From Minutocellus sp. GHC0000111 (lineage: Eukaryota): DNA of 64,000 nucleotides. Location of the stretch: contig OZ361261.1 in assembly GCA_977018835.1 (NCBI GenBank), forward strand, positions 868,001-932,000, read 5' to 3'. Below the pieces are notes generated by a model. The model was not told the origin of the DNA and searched no databases. It saw nothing but the letters and a program-made list of their open reading frames with translations. Of this stretch, positions 11,035 through 22,480 are shown piece by piece; position 1 is the stretch's first letter, and every line of letters starts with the position of its first letter. A program made the position numbers and the translations under genes.

Positions 11035-13467
11035 TCAAATTCTTTCTTTTCCAGGCATCTCGTTTGTATTCTCCATATCCAACGCCTTCTCCAACTTCTT
11101 CTGTAGCTTCTTCAGCTGTCCTTTTGACAATGTTCGAATGGTCTTCATCATGGACCTGTGCTGTTCGTCTTCTGCAGCTTCTGCTCTTCTCCCTTTGACA
11201 AGATTCTGAATGTACTTGATAACGTTATCGTGTGATTCTACAGGCTTGCCGCCCACCTTGCGATCATCCAGGGTGTAGACGTCCATCTCCGGGATATCTT
11301 TCCATCGTTTGGTGTTGGGGAATCGGCGAAAGTACATCTGCATCATAATAACCTCGCCATCTCCATCGTATCGAGGATGTTCAAGGACATAATCCAAGTT
11401 CTCAGGTATGTAGCTCCCATCGTCTTCCACACGAGAGTTCCTATCAAGAATGTTGAATATTTCGGCATCCGTACCAGCGTACTCATATTTGGTGCCCACG
11501 AGCGTGCTGACAACAGGATACAAAGCCGCCAGGCCCTTTCGGCATTTGACAAGGTTGCCACTCACGACGATGCTGAACCAAGAATCCTCCGGTGCATCAT
11601 TCAGACATATGGTGAGGCCGAATAGACGGGGATTGTTCATGGTGCGAGGAGGAATATCATGGATGCCTCCCTCCAAATTATTTGGCAGGCCATAGTTTGC
11701 GAATTCAGACAATCGTCCCACCGAATAGTCGAAGGATACCAACGCACCTCGCATACGAGGATCCGTTGCGTTGACAGAATCTCCATAGTGTAGCTTGGGA
11801 TGTTGGAAATCACCCTGCTCAAACTTCTCAAACTTGATTTGCGGTTCGAGATATTTTGATGGTATTCCAGTGAGGAGTTCCACCTTGGACACAATCTTGT
11901 GCAAAATCGGGGCAAGCACATTTCCACTTCCATCCTTAGAGTCATGGCTGGCTAGATCGCGAACAAATACTCGAGACGACTGCCGGTGGACCATGGGTTT
12001 GCCGTTTACGTGGTTCTTGAGAAATTTGGAAACCGTTTTGGTCTTTGGACCAAACCCTCGTCCGTCGGCCCCGTCAGCATTTGCAGGGACCCCTCTTTCT
12101 CTGAGCAATTCCAATACCTCATCAGCTTCTCGCGAACTCAAGAAATCCCATAAGTCCACTACATATCTGGAAAAGTCAGAATCATTGGGATGGTCCTCAA
12201 ACATGTAGATCCACTCCTCTCTACCTTGTCTCCTCTCGGTGCTTTCCCACCGCTTCAATTCAATCTGATCCACCCCATAGTGCCTCCTGACCGCTCGGGC
12301 CTTGGCCGACTGGCCCCAAGCTCGATAGCTTCCAAAATCTCCATCCCTGCCTTCGTCGGCACCAAAGGAGGGAGGCATCATGGTCCGACGTTGCCACGTG
12401 GCAGCGTACATACCCTCGTAGTCCATCCGCTCAAAGAAGGATTTGTACAGCCTTTGCTTGGTGGGTTTCTGGGCCAACCCCGGAAGGTAGCTGGAACATA
12501 TCTGGCAGGCCAGGGGGCAGATGTCCTTCATCATCCGCGGCTTCTCCTCGCACATACCCCACGACGCCCACAGAGGACACAACTTGTCGTTGTTGCGGCA
12601 CAATTCCGGAACCACCACCGAGGCAGCCTTGTAGGTCTTGGGATCGGCCCAATACTTGTTGATTTCGCGATCGTACTTCGAGCGGATGCGGGCCAGATAC
12701 TTGCCAGTCGACTTGAGATTGTCCACCACCCGCACGGAGCACATGGTGGGTTCCCACACGTATTCCAATTCGATGGGCGCGGGCTGACCGTTGATGTCAA
12801 TGGCTTTGTAATCCACCGACCTGCGAAAGACGACGGCCTCAGCGAACTCCACCTCGGGCACCACCCCTGGGTAGTCCTGGTGGATGTACTTGTTCCCCTC
12901 CGCGTCTTCGTTGCGATTCAGTGGATTGCACAGATGGCAGCTCTGCTTGCAGTTGGCGTGCATGTACTGTTCGGCGTGGGAGCACTCTCCGACGGCGGCC
13001 CACTCCCGGCACGACGGGTTGGTGTCCATGCAAGGCGGCGGCCGTATCCTCGACAATGTCTTTGCATCCACGCTCTTTTCACTGCCATTATTGGCAGAAT
13101 CTGTTTGCTGTTGTTGCTTTTGTGCATCGCCGTCAGGCTCTGATGTCGGCCTGCCACTAATACCAACACCTACACCTCCATCATCGGGAGCGAGGCTGGC
13201 CAACATCCGCAGCTCCCGCTCCACGTCGTCCATCGGCTCCGCCGGCAGAGTGAACTTGCCGCCGCCGCCGATCAGCTGGTCGGATGACGGCGATGGCTCG
13301 CCGTAATCACCCCCGTCGGCCAGAACATCGGACGCGACGGCAGCAGCCTCGGCAAGGGGCAGGCCCACCAGCAGAGGTGCTGGGATGAGGACGAGGCCCA
13401 GGAGGCATCCGCCGAGGAGGACCGTCACCAGGAGGATGCTTGGGGCGGTTGATGCCGGCGGTGGCAT
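11035..13467 (-). CDS. Secretory ShKT-domain protein with a degenerate prolyl-4-hydroxylase-like domain
   Basis: N-terminal hydrophobic signal/anchor. Two ShKT Cys patterns (CMDTNPSCREWAAVGEC...CKQSCHLC; CRNNDKLCPLWASWGMC...CPLACQIC). P4H-like DFLSSREAD...VELLTGIP...RLFGLTICLND. Confidence 0.75.
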   Translation of the reverse strand: MPPPASTAPSILLVTVLLGGCLLGLVLIPAPLLVGLPLAEAAAVASDVLADGGDYGEPSPSSDQLIGGGGKFTLPAEPMDDVERELRMLASLAPDDGGVGVGISGRPTSEPDGDAQKQQQQTDSANNGSEKSVDAKTLSRIRPPPCMDTNPSCREWAAVGECSHAEQYMHANCKQSCHLCNPLNRNEDAEGNKYIHQDYPGVVPEVEFAEAVVFRRSVDYKAIDINGQPAPIELEYVWEPTMCSVRVVDNLKSTGKYLARIRSKYDREINKYWADPKTYKAASVVVPELCRNNDKLCPLWASWGMCEEKPRMMKDICPLACQICSSYLPGLAQKPTKQRLYKSFFERMDYEGMYAATWQRRTMMPPSFGADEGRDGDFGSYRAWGQSAKARAVRRHYGVDQIELKRWESTERRQGREEWIYMFEDHPNDSDFSRYVVDLWDFLSSREADEVLELLRERGVPANADGADGRGFGPKTKTVSKFLKNHVNGKPMVHRQSSRVFVRDLASHDSKDGSGNVLAPILHKIVSKVELLTGIPSKYLEPQIKFEKFEQGDFQHPKLHYGDSVNATDPRMRGALVSFDYSVGRLSEFANYGLPNNLEGGIHDIPPRTMNNPRLFGLTICLNDAPEDSWFSIVVSGNLVKCRKGLAALYPVVSTLVGTKYEYAGTDAEIFNILDRNSRVEDDGSYIPENLDYVLEHPRYDGDGEVIMMQMYFRRFPNTKRWKDIPEMDVYTLDDRKVGGKPVESHDNVIKYIQNLVKGRRAEAAEDEQHRSMMKTIRTLSKGQLKKLQKKLEKALDMENTNEMPGKERI

Positions 13468-14054
13468 CGTGGGTGCACTGGGCTGCTCTTAGGGTTTATG
13501 CGAGGCCGTGCGTGTGTGCCCAACGCACGCCACCGGTACGAGTAAGCGTGAGGCGCCACCGGTTGGCGAGGTCTATGAGGGCGATTGCGCCGGCGATGCA
13601 ATGGCGCGATGGCGGGGTTCCGCCAAGCGGCTCGCGGTTTCGGTGTCATCATAATGACGTGTCGCGCTCGAATTTTTTGGCATGTGCTGGAGCTTGGCCG
13701 GCGGCCTCATTTCTCTTCAGCCCGGCGAAGGCAAAGCGTGTAGTACCACTCGTCTCCACCGCGCCTTCCTTGCATCAGCTCTCCAGCACCCCTCGAGGTT
13801 GCGTTCCATCGGCCAGAGTGACGTCGAGGAGTGGCATCAATAGACTTGCAATCGGCGCAGCCAACACTTTCAAGTTTCGTGCTGTTTTTGGACCGACCGC
13901 TCGCCACGCTCGGACAGCCAAGAATTTGAATTTGCTTGCTCTGCTCCTGCTCTCGGACAAGGGCAAACCGTTGCGGCTTCCCCTGAAAGTCCTCCCCATC
14001 ATATCCCATCATATTTGCACATAGTCCTGTACTGCCTAAGACATTGATCTAGTC

Positions 14055-17000
14055 ATGGCAGGCTCCGGCGGCAGCGGCCGGAAGAAGAGCGGCGGCAGTG
14101 CAGCGGTGGCCAGCAAGAACCACGCCGCGGCGTCCAACACGCTCAGCTTGGACAATTTCTTTACTTCTTCGGCCAAGAAGGACAAGAGCAAGAAGGCGAG
14201 AAGTAGCAATACCAATACCGATTCCAACTCCAATAATGCCACCTCGTCCACGCCGACCTTCAATGCCGACCAGGCGGCCCGGCGGATGATGGGACAGGAA
14301 ACTCCGCAGCGGAATCAGCCGGCGGCGGCCGCTGCTGGTACGACTGCCAATGGCAGTACGACTGCTTCGCCTACAGCTGCAGCTTCCGCATCAACGTCAC
14401 CGGCCGTCAACCCGAATCGGGCGGCCATCGAACGCGCCCGGCAGGGCAAGGCAAGTCACAAGCACCGCGGGTCGTCCCCCTCCAAGAACAGCCGGAAGCG
14501 ACAAAAGTCGTCCACGTCCACATCGCTATCGTCGGCATCGTCCTCCTCGGCTTCATCCTCGCTATCGGGATCACCGCGCGGTGCCAGTAGATCGCCGACT
14601 CGATCTCCTACTAGCAGGAAGAATAGCAGCAGCAGTAGCAGCAGCAAGACACCCACGCCGGCCAAGAAGGGACCGACCATCGACCTGTCCATGGACTCGG
14701 ACGAGGACCATACCGCCGAGGGCAATGCCGCCAATGCCAATAGTGCCAGTGCCAAACCAGCCGCATCCAAGTCAGCCGGTGCCTCTAGCACTGCTGGCAA
14801 GAAGCGGAAGAATGGACTATCGGGTGGTGGTGACGACAACGGTGGTGATGATGGAGTCTTTGTCGTTGACGATGGCGACGACAATGAGAATCGCGTCAAC
14901 GGATCCGAGGATTCCACCCTCGCCAAGCAGCAGGCCAAGCAGCAGCAGAGGAAGCGAAGCAAGAAGGGTCTTGGCAACGTTGCTGGGCGTAGTGACGGTG
15001 GTGGTGGTGGTGGTACTGCAAGGAGCGAGGTGATCGATATGGCCAAAAGTATCAACGAGGATGACGACGACGACGTTGTGGAGGTGGCCGCAGCTTCCGC
15101 CGGAGCGGCTACGACCGCTGCTGCGGCGCCCACCGGCAAGAGGAAGAGGGACGGGGTCAAGTCCAAGGTCAACAATGGTACTGCTGCTGCAGCCGCCAAG
15201 AAGCCGGCAGCTGCAGCCTCGGCCGCAGCCCAATCGATTCCAGCTGCCGCCTCCAGTGACTCCGATGTGGTGGTGGTGCCCAGCAGTACTGTCAGCGCCA
15301 GGACATCAACATCGACTACCGCCCAAGCGAGTCCCCCAGCTGCTGCTTCCGCCGCTGCTCCAGGTGCCTCGTCACCGGCCGCGTCCAATGCGGCATCTTC
15401 GTCATTGCAAATTGCAGCGACGGACGCAACGCATGGCCTTGCCCTCGTCCGCATCGATCGTGTTGGCCCTGCGACATCTCGCGAATCCATCGACCTAACA
15501 CCCGAGGCACGGGATGGCACCGCCAACTTCCACCCCCTTCGAGTCAAGGCCTTTCTGGGCCGTACGGGTAGCACCTCCAATAGCCAGCCTGCCAACAAGA
15601 TTGATCTTGGCATCAGGGCCGACGCAGATGGAGTTAGCCGTCGTCAGGTCCGCGTCAAGCACATTTCCGTCCAGGGATTGGTGGTCTCCAGTAACCAGCG
15701 CAGTCGGCATCGTCCCCAGATTAGGGCCGTGGTTTTCAACACCAAGGGCACTGGGGCAAGCATCTTTGTTGGTGTCGCCCACTACGGCCCTGCCTTCCGC
15801 TACAATATGTACAGGGCGGGCAGTGAATTCGTCATGAATGTTGGCGACTGTCTCGTTTTTGACGCCTACAATGGGTCGACTACCGGCGGTCGCAAGAACG
15901 ATAGTGTCCGTCCCGCCCATGTCTTTCGGCTGGTCCGGTATGAGAAGCGCGATGCCTCCCAAGCCGGGGCCAGCCCGCCATCAAATCCTGCCCCGGCTCC
16001 TGCGTTGGTCACAGATTCCACCGCTGATAGTACTCCGCCCATCACTACAGGCGCTGCCAAGAGAAGCGAAGATGCCCCGATTTCCAATTCCGCAGCCGCC
16101 GCGGGCAGGACGACGAGTGCCGAGCCTTCCGTACCTTCGTCGTCCAGGTCAAGAAAAGAGCCAGCGGCGAGAAAGGACCAAAGTCCCTCTGACCCACCGC
16201 ACATCCCCGCCTCGGCGGAATCTACTCCCAGTAGTGAAAAGATCTTGGATACTGCCGACATCGACAAGACAGTGCCCAGGCTTGGCATGCCTAACATTGT
16301 TGTGGCTTCCATGACGCAAAGGCAAGAAGGCCCAGCTGCAGCGGCCAAGCCCGCCGAAAAAGGTGACGACAAGGCCAAATCTAATGATGCGTCTCGCGCT
16401 GACGGTCCGTCTCCCGAGACCTCAAATACCGAAAGTGCTGCCGCAGCCTGTGAGTCAACCGCCAAGAAATCAAGCAGTAAACGGAAGGAGAATGCAACGA
16501 AGTTGCCACCCCAGCCATCGGTTGGCGACCGTTTCCGAGTGAATTTCGAGGAGCTAAAAAACTTCTTTGGGGTGGTTGAGACGCAGTGGTGAGTTTTAGA
16601 GTTTTGATTTTTGCATCTCTCTTACGTCTCTACATCGCATTTGGACCGTACCCTCATACGATTCTCCCCCCACTCTCCCCTCTCACTAATAGGTTTTGTG
16701 GTACAGTTGAGGAAGTCTCTTCCGGTAATAACAAGTATGAGGTCAACGTCCGATACGACGATGGTGGCATCGGCCGGCACGAATACCCTGCTGACGACCT
16801 CGGGAGACTGGTCGATAGCAAAGGGTTCGGTGCTGCTCCAGCTTCTTCTGCATCTCAAGGCCGCTCGAGAAGAAAGACTCAAGCCGATGATTCTTCCAAA
16901 AGCATGGAACGAGTGGAATCGGTCATCTATCCCGAAGGAGCAAAGGAAGCCGTCTTTGACCCCAACCCTAGCGAGCTTTTTGTTGGTGATTTGGTCGACT

Positions 17001-18700
17001 GCTTTTACCAGAACGGCATGATTGGTGGTGCCTGGTACCGGGGTCGCGTCGCTCGAGTGCAGATTTCATCGGAAGCCGGCAAACCAACTTTGTTCGATGT
17101 TGCCTATAACGACCAGGAATATGAGAAAGACATTCCCCTGGAGCATGGCAACGTCCGTCTCTTCCAGCGCGGATCAGATGATTTGTCATGGCTCTACGGC
17201 GCCGACGTTCTCAGGAGATCAGGGCGGAGCAAAACCGCGACCAAAGTGGGCACTGTCAAGAGCAGCCCATCAGGCACAACTTCTTCTACGCCCAAGGTCG
17301 TGGTTGAGTTGAACGATGGGACTTTCGAGGAGCACGTCTACACGGATATTGCCCAAGAGATGTTTGCTACCTATCTTCAATTTGTTCCCGCTGGCAAGGT
17401 GAAGGTATGGCCCACTGCAGCTGCTGCGGCCAATGCTAATACCGGAGTGAGTTCGGTCAAGATTGAATTGCCAGAGACCAACGAGAACGAGGAGCCAGCA
17501 GCTTCCGACGATGAAGAAAACGATGATCTTGGTATCACCAAGTCCAAGGGTGTCACGCGAAAGACCAACGCAGCTACTTTCACGTCCACGCAGCTAGATG
17601 AGATGCTCAACGACCACGAAGCGTCGCAGGATTCCCAGCAATCCTACCCCGATAGTCCCGTCCGAGGAGCCAATGATAAGCCTAGGGCCAAGGAGATGCA
17701 TTCTTCCATGGCCAATGCACATTGGAGCGCTCTCAACTCTGCTGAACCTTCAAGCAGTGCCATTCTACTCCGACATAGCGTCGCGTTTCACCATACTCTG
17801 CCCAATTCGGCCCTATCCCAAAAGACGTTCAATCTAATGATGACGGGACCGCAGAACGAGGGTATTTCATTCCGTGATCCCAACCGCATGGAGCTGGCCT
17901 ATGATTACATGCGTCTATGCCTGACGTCATCCCATAGGCTTGATGTTGGACCAAACATTACATCCTTTGCTCCATCGTGTTGGGAAGACGTCCAGCACAT
18001 TCTTGCTCAACCATTGCAGGAAACTGAACAGATGGGACAATTCCACTCTATCAAGGAATCCGTGTCTACCTCGGCGATGAGAAGGCTTGGCGAGGCTCTC
18101 CATACTGCTGCAAGCGGCCTCTCCTGTATCGACGAGCTGCTCAAGGACGAGCTCAGCGATGGCAAAGAGGCCGGAACAACCTCGAACCCAAGGAGGCTGT
18201 ACATGGTCAATCCGACGGTACGTACGGCGCTGGATGCCAATGTACGAGAGGCACTCAAAGTTGCCGTTCGACACGCCGCTCAGTGCTGGGTCCGGCATGG
18301 TCATTTCGTCATTGGAGATGGCGATGATCTCCTTCCCGCGGAAAGTGCCGATGAAGATTGGTGCGCCATGGAAGCCAAGCGATGTTTGGATTCTCTCGGA
18401 TCGATCATTTCTCACTTGGCGTGGCTGTACTGCGCCGAGGAAGGGATCGAGCTGAGCGACAATGATTGTTCCTTCATCATCTGTGATGCTCTGCGGAACG
18501 AATTGGAATCACTTCACCAGGACAGCGCCGACTTTGGCCATATTGGAAAGAAGAAGCCATCGGCTGCCTCGTGGAAGAAATATTCCAAGAGAGCCAAAAT
18601 GTGGTTCATTCTGTCTCTTGACAATTCGTTTGCAAGTCCCTTGCAACAGAATCTGGCAAAGATGCTCAGTCTGTCAAAGGACTTGAAGCCGCTTTTGTAG
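14055..18700 (+). CDS. Large probably nuclear protein: disordered N-terminus, FHA-like domain, Tudor-like domains, helical C-terminus; intron 16589-16692 (~1513 aa)
   Basis: TG|gtgagt...aatag|G restores a Trp codon and joins the two long ORFs. FHA-like LGR...GVSRRQV. Tudor-like VGDRFRV..WFCGTV..YEVNVRYDDG and VGDLVDCFY..WYRGRV..FDVAYND. Basic NLS-like clusters. Confidence 0.7.
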
Positions 18701-18782
18701 ATCGGAACGAATGCAGTAGAGCGTGTCGTAAGCATGTGCCAGTAAAACACTTGATTTGTCGATTATTTACAATATTCACTAG

Positions 18783-19621
18783 CTAGGTCGAGTACTTGGC
18801 AGCCATGTCCACAAGCATATCCACAAACGCGTCGAGTGGCCAGCCACCAGTGGTCTCCATCTGGACAACATCGACGCTGAAAAAGGGCGTTGATATTCTT
18901 TCGGCAACCACCTTCACAATATCTGGAACATCATCTCCATCGGGACCATAGCATTCACCTTCAACTACAAAGTAGCGCCGTTCTGAGTCCAAGTCGTATT
19001 TTTCCACCTTTCGCAGGGCGATACCACCTTCGATTTCACCTCGGTATTCTCGAATCTGTTCTACAATTTCAACAATATCTCGAGCAGTGTTCGCAATTGA
19101 TCCTCTTTTCAGGGTATTGCTCTTTACAAAATCTTTGACAAAAAACTCTCCCACCCAAGCTTGTTAGCAGCGGAAATGATGTCGTCGTCATTGTCGTCGG
19201 CTTGGAGGAATTTAGTTTCAGCTGTAAGATCCTTACATACGTCGTACCAACCTGGCAGGTGATGACAGCGCATGTAATCGCTGTTGGATGTTATGGGATG
19301 GGAACCATTTTCCTCTATGCGAGAAACCAGCCTTGCATATCTTTCTGGATGCATCATCCATCCACGGTAGAGAACATTTGAACCAGTAGGAATCTCAGGA
19401 CGAGGTCGAAATCTGCCTGAAGGATCGAATCCCAAGAAGGCCTCCAAATTGAACAGCGAGCATGGTATTCCTCTGTCCTGTACAAGGAGAAATTCTTCGT
19501 AATACTCTTTATCGACCCTAAGAGGTGGTAATGGGTGCTTTGGGTAGAGAACGTGGAAGGCAGTCGCAGGAGCCGCCAGAATACTGATGACAGCTTGGGC
19601 TTTGAGGCCGAGAATTGGCAT
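18783..19621 (-). pseudogene. Bacterial-type ATP-grasp (R2K clade/DUF4343-like) gene with a frameshift near 19140 and an apparent C-terminal motif deletion
   Basis: VLYRGWMM, YMRCHHLPGWY, (F)FVKDFVKS, YRGEIEGGIALR, ERRYFV, PFFSVDV. One T is missing in AGT TTT TT(T) GTC AAA GAT. Confidence 0.7.
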
Positions 19622-19995
19622 GATGGTTCAACACACAATTATGCCGGTAACATGGCAAGCAGCAAATGGTAACGCCGTATCCTTGCCCCTCAGCATTTTA
19701 TATACTTGTACAGAGAAGTTTGAGATTGAAATTGACTGTTACCTTGGCAGCCTCATGAGCATGTCAGCAGCACCGTGGATTTGGCTGATCCTCACCTCGG
19801 TATCCAGGAATTGGACTGATTCGACTCACTCGACTCACTCGACTCACGTAGCCAAGACGCCAAGTAAGTCCCTCCATCCACGGGCCCTAAAATGATGCGC
19901 TCGTTCAGCAAGATCTCGTTGGCTCTCTCGCGAGGCTCATGACACTTCTACTTCTCTGCCATCTCTCACCTGTCAAAATTGTACTTTACGCGACG

Positions 19996-21306
19996 ATGAG
20001 CTCCCAACGCTGGTTCGTGATAGTTGCGGCACTTTCCCTTCTCGTCTGCCATTTCCCATCAGTAACTGGTCTCGACGATGGATTGGCCATACAACCACCG
20101 ATGGGGTTTCGCACATGGAATGGCTACGATGGCGATATCGATGAAAACCTGATCAAGTCAATTATTGTAGCGCTCACAAAGCGAACAAGATCTGTAAAAG
20201 GAGTCCCAACAAGTATCTCCGATCTTGGTTATTACCGGCTGGGAATTGACGATGGGTGGCAGGCATGTGGCGCTGGTAAATCATCTTCATATCACGCCGA
20301 AGACGGTACACCAAGAGTAAACCGAACACGTTTTCACGACCTCAAAGCATTAGTAAATGTTGGCCACGAGCATGGACTGCTAATGGACTTTTATCACATC
20401 AATTGCATCTGCTTGGATAGTTACATCCTCAACAAGAATCGAACATGGGCAAATTTGGCATGGAGAGGCAATGTGAGACAGATTCGCGATGGAGGATTCG
20501 ATGGAGTGAAGATTGACAATTGTGGAGATGACGATGGTTTGGGCTATGCGACGATGATGGATGAGATCAAGCAAACAGGAAAACCGATATTGGTGGAGAA
20601 TTGTAATCAGGCGCATGGTCATGGCCCTCCACGAGGATTGCCAACAAATGCATCGGGGTGGTGTGACATGCACATGTACCGCACTGGTGGAGATATTCGA
20701 AGTAATTTTGATGATACCATGCGCAAACTTCAGACGACGATACCATTCCAAGACGTGGATCAACCAATATCAAGACCAGGATGCTGGGCCTTTCCAGATA
20801 TGCTTGAGGTGGGCAATTTGGGTTCAACAGATCTCGCTACAGTTGAGAGCAAAAGTCACTTCTTTGCTTGGTGCATTGTGTCCTCTCCTTTATTCATTAG
20901 CTTTGACGTGACGAATGATGCGATTGTTGACCGTGTCTGGCCCATTATATCGAACCTTGAAGCAATCTCTATCAATCAAGAGTGGGCAGGGCATCCAGGT
21001 CGCCTCATCTTGACGGATGGTCAAGGTGAGATATGGACCAAGAAGTTGAAAGATGGATGCCAGGCGGTTTTGTTCCTAAACCGTGGAGAAGAACCGATTA
21101 CTTTGTCGATAACACTGGGAGAGCTTGGTATTCAGGCGGGAGAATATCTGATTAGAGATATTTGGCGTCACCACACTTTGGAGAAAACTGTATCCAATAA
21201 TTTGTCAGCACCAAATATCGGGAAACATGACTGTTGGTTCATCAAATTGATACCTCTCAAAGCTCAACATTACACTAGCGAGAGCATTATAGCTGTAAGT
21301 TCATAA
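19996..21306 (+). CDS. Alpha-galactosidase / alpha-N-acetylgalactosaminidase, glycoside hydrolase family 27, secreted
   Basis: LDDGLAIQPPMGFRTWN, IDDGWQ, DGVKIDNC, RTGGDI, PGCWAFPDMLEVGN, AISINQ. Signal peptide from Met 19996 (ORF opens at 19939). Confidence 0.92.
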   Translation: MSSQRWFVIVAALSLLVCHFPSVTGLDDGLAIQPPMGFRTWNGYDGDIDENLIKSIIVALTKRTRSVKGVPTSISDLGYYRLGIDDGWQACGAGKSSSYHAEDGTPRVNRTRFHDLKALVNVGHEHGLLMDFYHINCICLDSYILNKNRTWANLAWRGNVRQIRDGGFDGVKIDNCGDDDGLGYATMMDEIKQTGKPILVENCNQAHGHGPPRGLPTNASGWCDMHMYRTGGDIRSNFDDTMRKLQTTIPFQDVDQPISRPGCWAFPDMLEVGNLGSTDLATVESKSHFFAWCIVSSPLFISFDVTNDAIVDRVWPIISNLEAISINQEWAGHPGRLILTDGQGEIWTKKLKDGCQAVLFLNRGEEPITLSITLGELGIQAGEYLIRDIWRHHTLEKTVSNNLSAPNIGKHDCWFIKLIPLKAQHYTSESIIAVSS

Positions 21307-21336
21307 ATATAATTGAGTCAATCTGGACGCCAAAGC

Positions 21337-22140
21337 TTATGATACCTGGGCATCAGCAAGGCCTCCCTCAGCGACGCAGCTACCCGATCCAGCCGTCAGA
21401 GGAACGCCCTGGTATGTTGCTACGCCCGAGCTATCCGTTTTGAGATCCGGGAAAACTTTATCAAGAATCTTCTTTTTCCCTATCTGATTCTCAGTGGCTG
21501 GCTCTCCATCAAATCCTTCGCACATGACTCGCTCACCGATGGCAGCATCCGCAGGTGGATCCACAAAGACGACACTGCTACCATCTTCGGTACTTGCACA
21601 AAGCACCATTCCATGGCTTGGGAAGCCAACGAGCTTTCGAGCCTTGAGATTGGCCAGGACGCACACCCTTCTACCTACCAAATCTTCGGCCTTGTAGTAT
21701 GCTCGAAGTCCACTGGCAATCTGACGAGGATCTTCTTCACCAATGTCAATCTTCTCGCAAAAGAGCTTGTCAGCCTCTTCGTGCTCCCACGCTTCCTGAA
21801 TGACACCGACTCGAATATCGAGCTTCGACACGTCAATTGCGGCCGGTTCTTCGGCTGGTGGCGACTTCTTCTTCTTTTTCGCCTTCTTGGCCTTCTTCGG
21901 TGCCTCCTCAGCGGCAGCGGCAGCGGCATCGCTTCCCTCCTCAGCCACATCGGAACCACCCATGCTGTTCATTATGATCTCGAGTGTCAGGGCAAGGTCT
22001 TCCTCCTTCGAGCCAGCGGGAGACCCTTCCGGGCCGGTCTTCACTGCCGACAGACTGCTGGTAAGAGGGGCATTGTTGGATGCCAACGGCGCAAACGCCG
22101 AAGCAACGGCTGGGAGAAGGGCAAGAGTGGACAGCTTCAT
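21337..22140 (-). CDS. Plastid-targeted tRNA-binding OB-fold (EMAP II/Arc1p/MetRS C-terminal-like) protein
   Basis: ASAFAP leader; LDIRVG...HEEADKLFCEKIDIGE..RQIASGL...LANLKARKLVGFPSHGMVLCA. Confidence 0.9.
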   Translation of the reverse strand: MKLSTLALLPAVASAFAPLASNNAPLTSSLSAVKTGPEGSPAGSKEEDLALTLEIIMNSMGGSDVAEEGSDAAAAAAEEAPKKAKKAKKKKKSPPAEEPAAIDVSKLDIRVGVIQEAWEHEEADKLFCEKIDIGEEDPRQIASGLRAYYKAEDLVGRRVCVLANLKARKLVGFPSHGMVLCASTEDGSSVVFVDPPADAAIGERVMCEGFDGEPATENQIGKKKILDKVFPDLKTDSSGVATYQGVPLTAGSGSCVAEGGLADAQVS

Positions 22141-22480
22141 CTTGATATGAATTCCAAAAATCTCGTGCGTCACTGTCCGTCCGTCTGCACATCAAATAAA
22201 TGAGACCAACAGCTCGCGACGTACCTAGGTACGGACGCGACGCGACGATGAGCAAGTGGCTGATGAGGCAACGCAATCGCAAGGTCATCGCGGCACAACA
22301 TGCCATGGCAATAGCTGCTGCTGCCCGTGGAGCACGCATAGCTCGCTGCACTCTCTCTCGATACGCCCGACCTTCTCTGCTGGCCTCGTTGTGTATTGTG
22401 GTGCCCCCCCGCAAGAAATTGCAGCATTTTCTAGCAGAACTTACGCCTACTCCCCAATTTGAACCTGCGTCAGCGTTAGC

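Noticed and set aside
19130..19150. Programmed -1 ribosomal frameshift in the ATP-grasp gene
   Set aside because: Not a canonical slippery heptamer, no evident stimulatory structure, and similar homopolymer deletions elsewhere point to error or decay.
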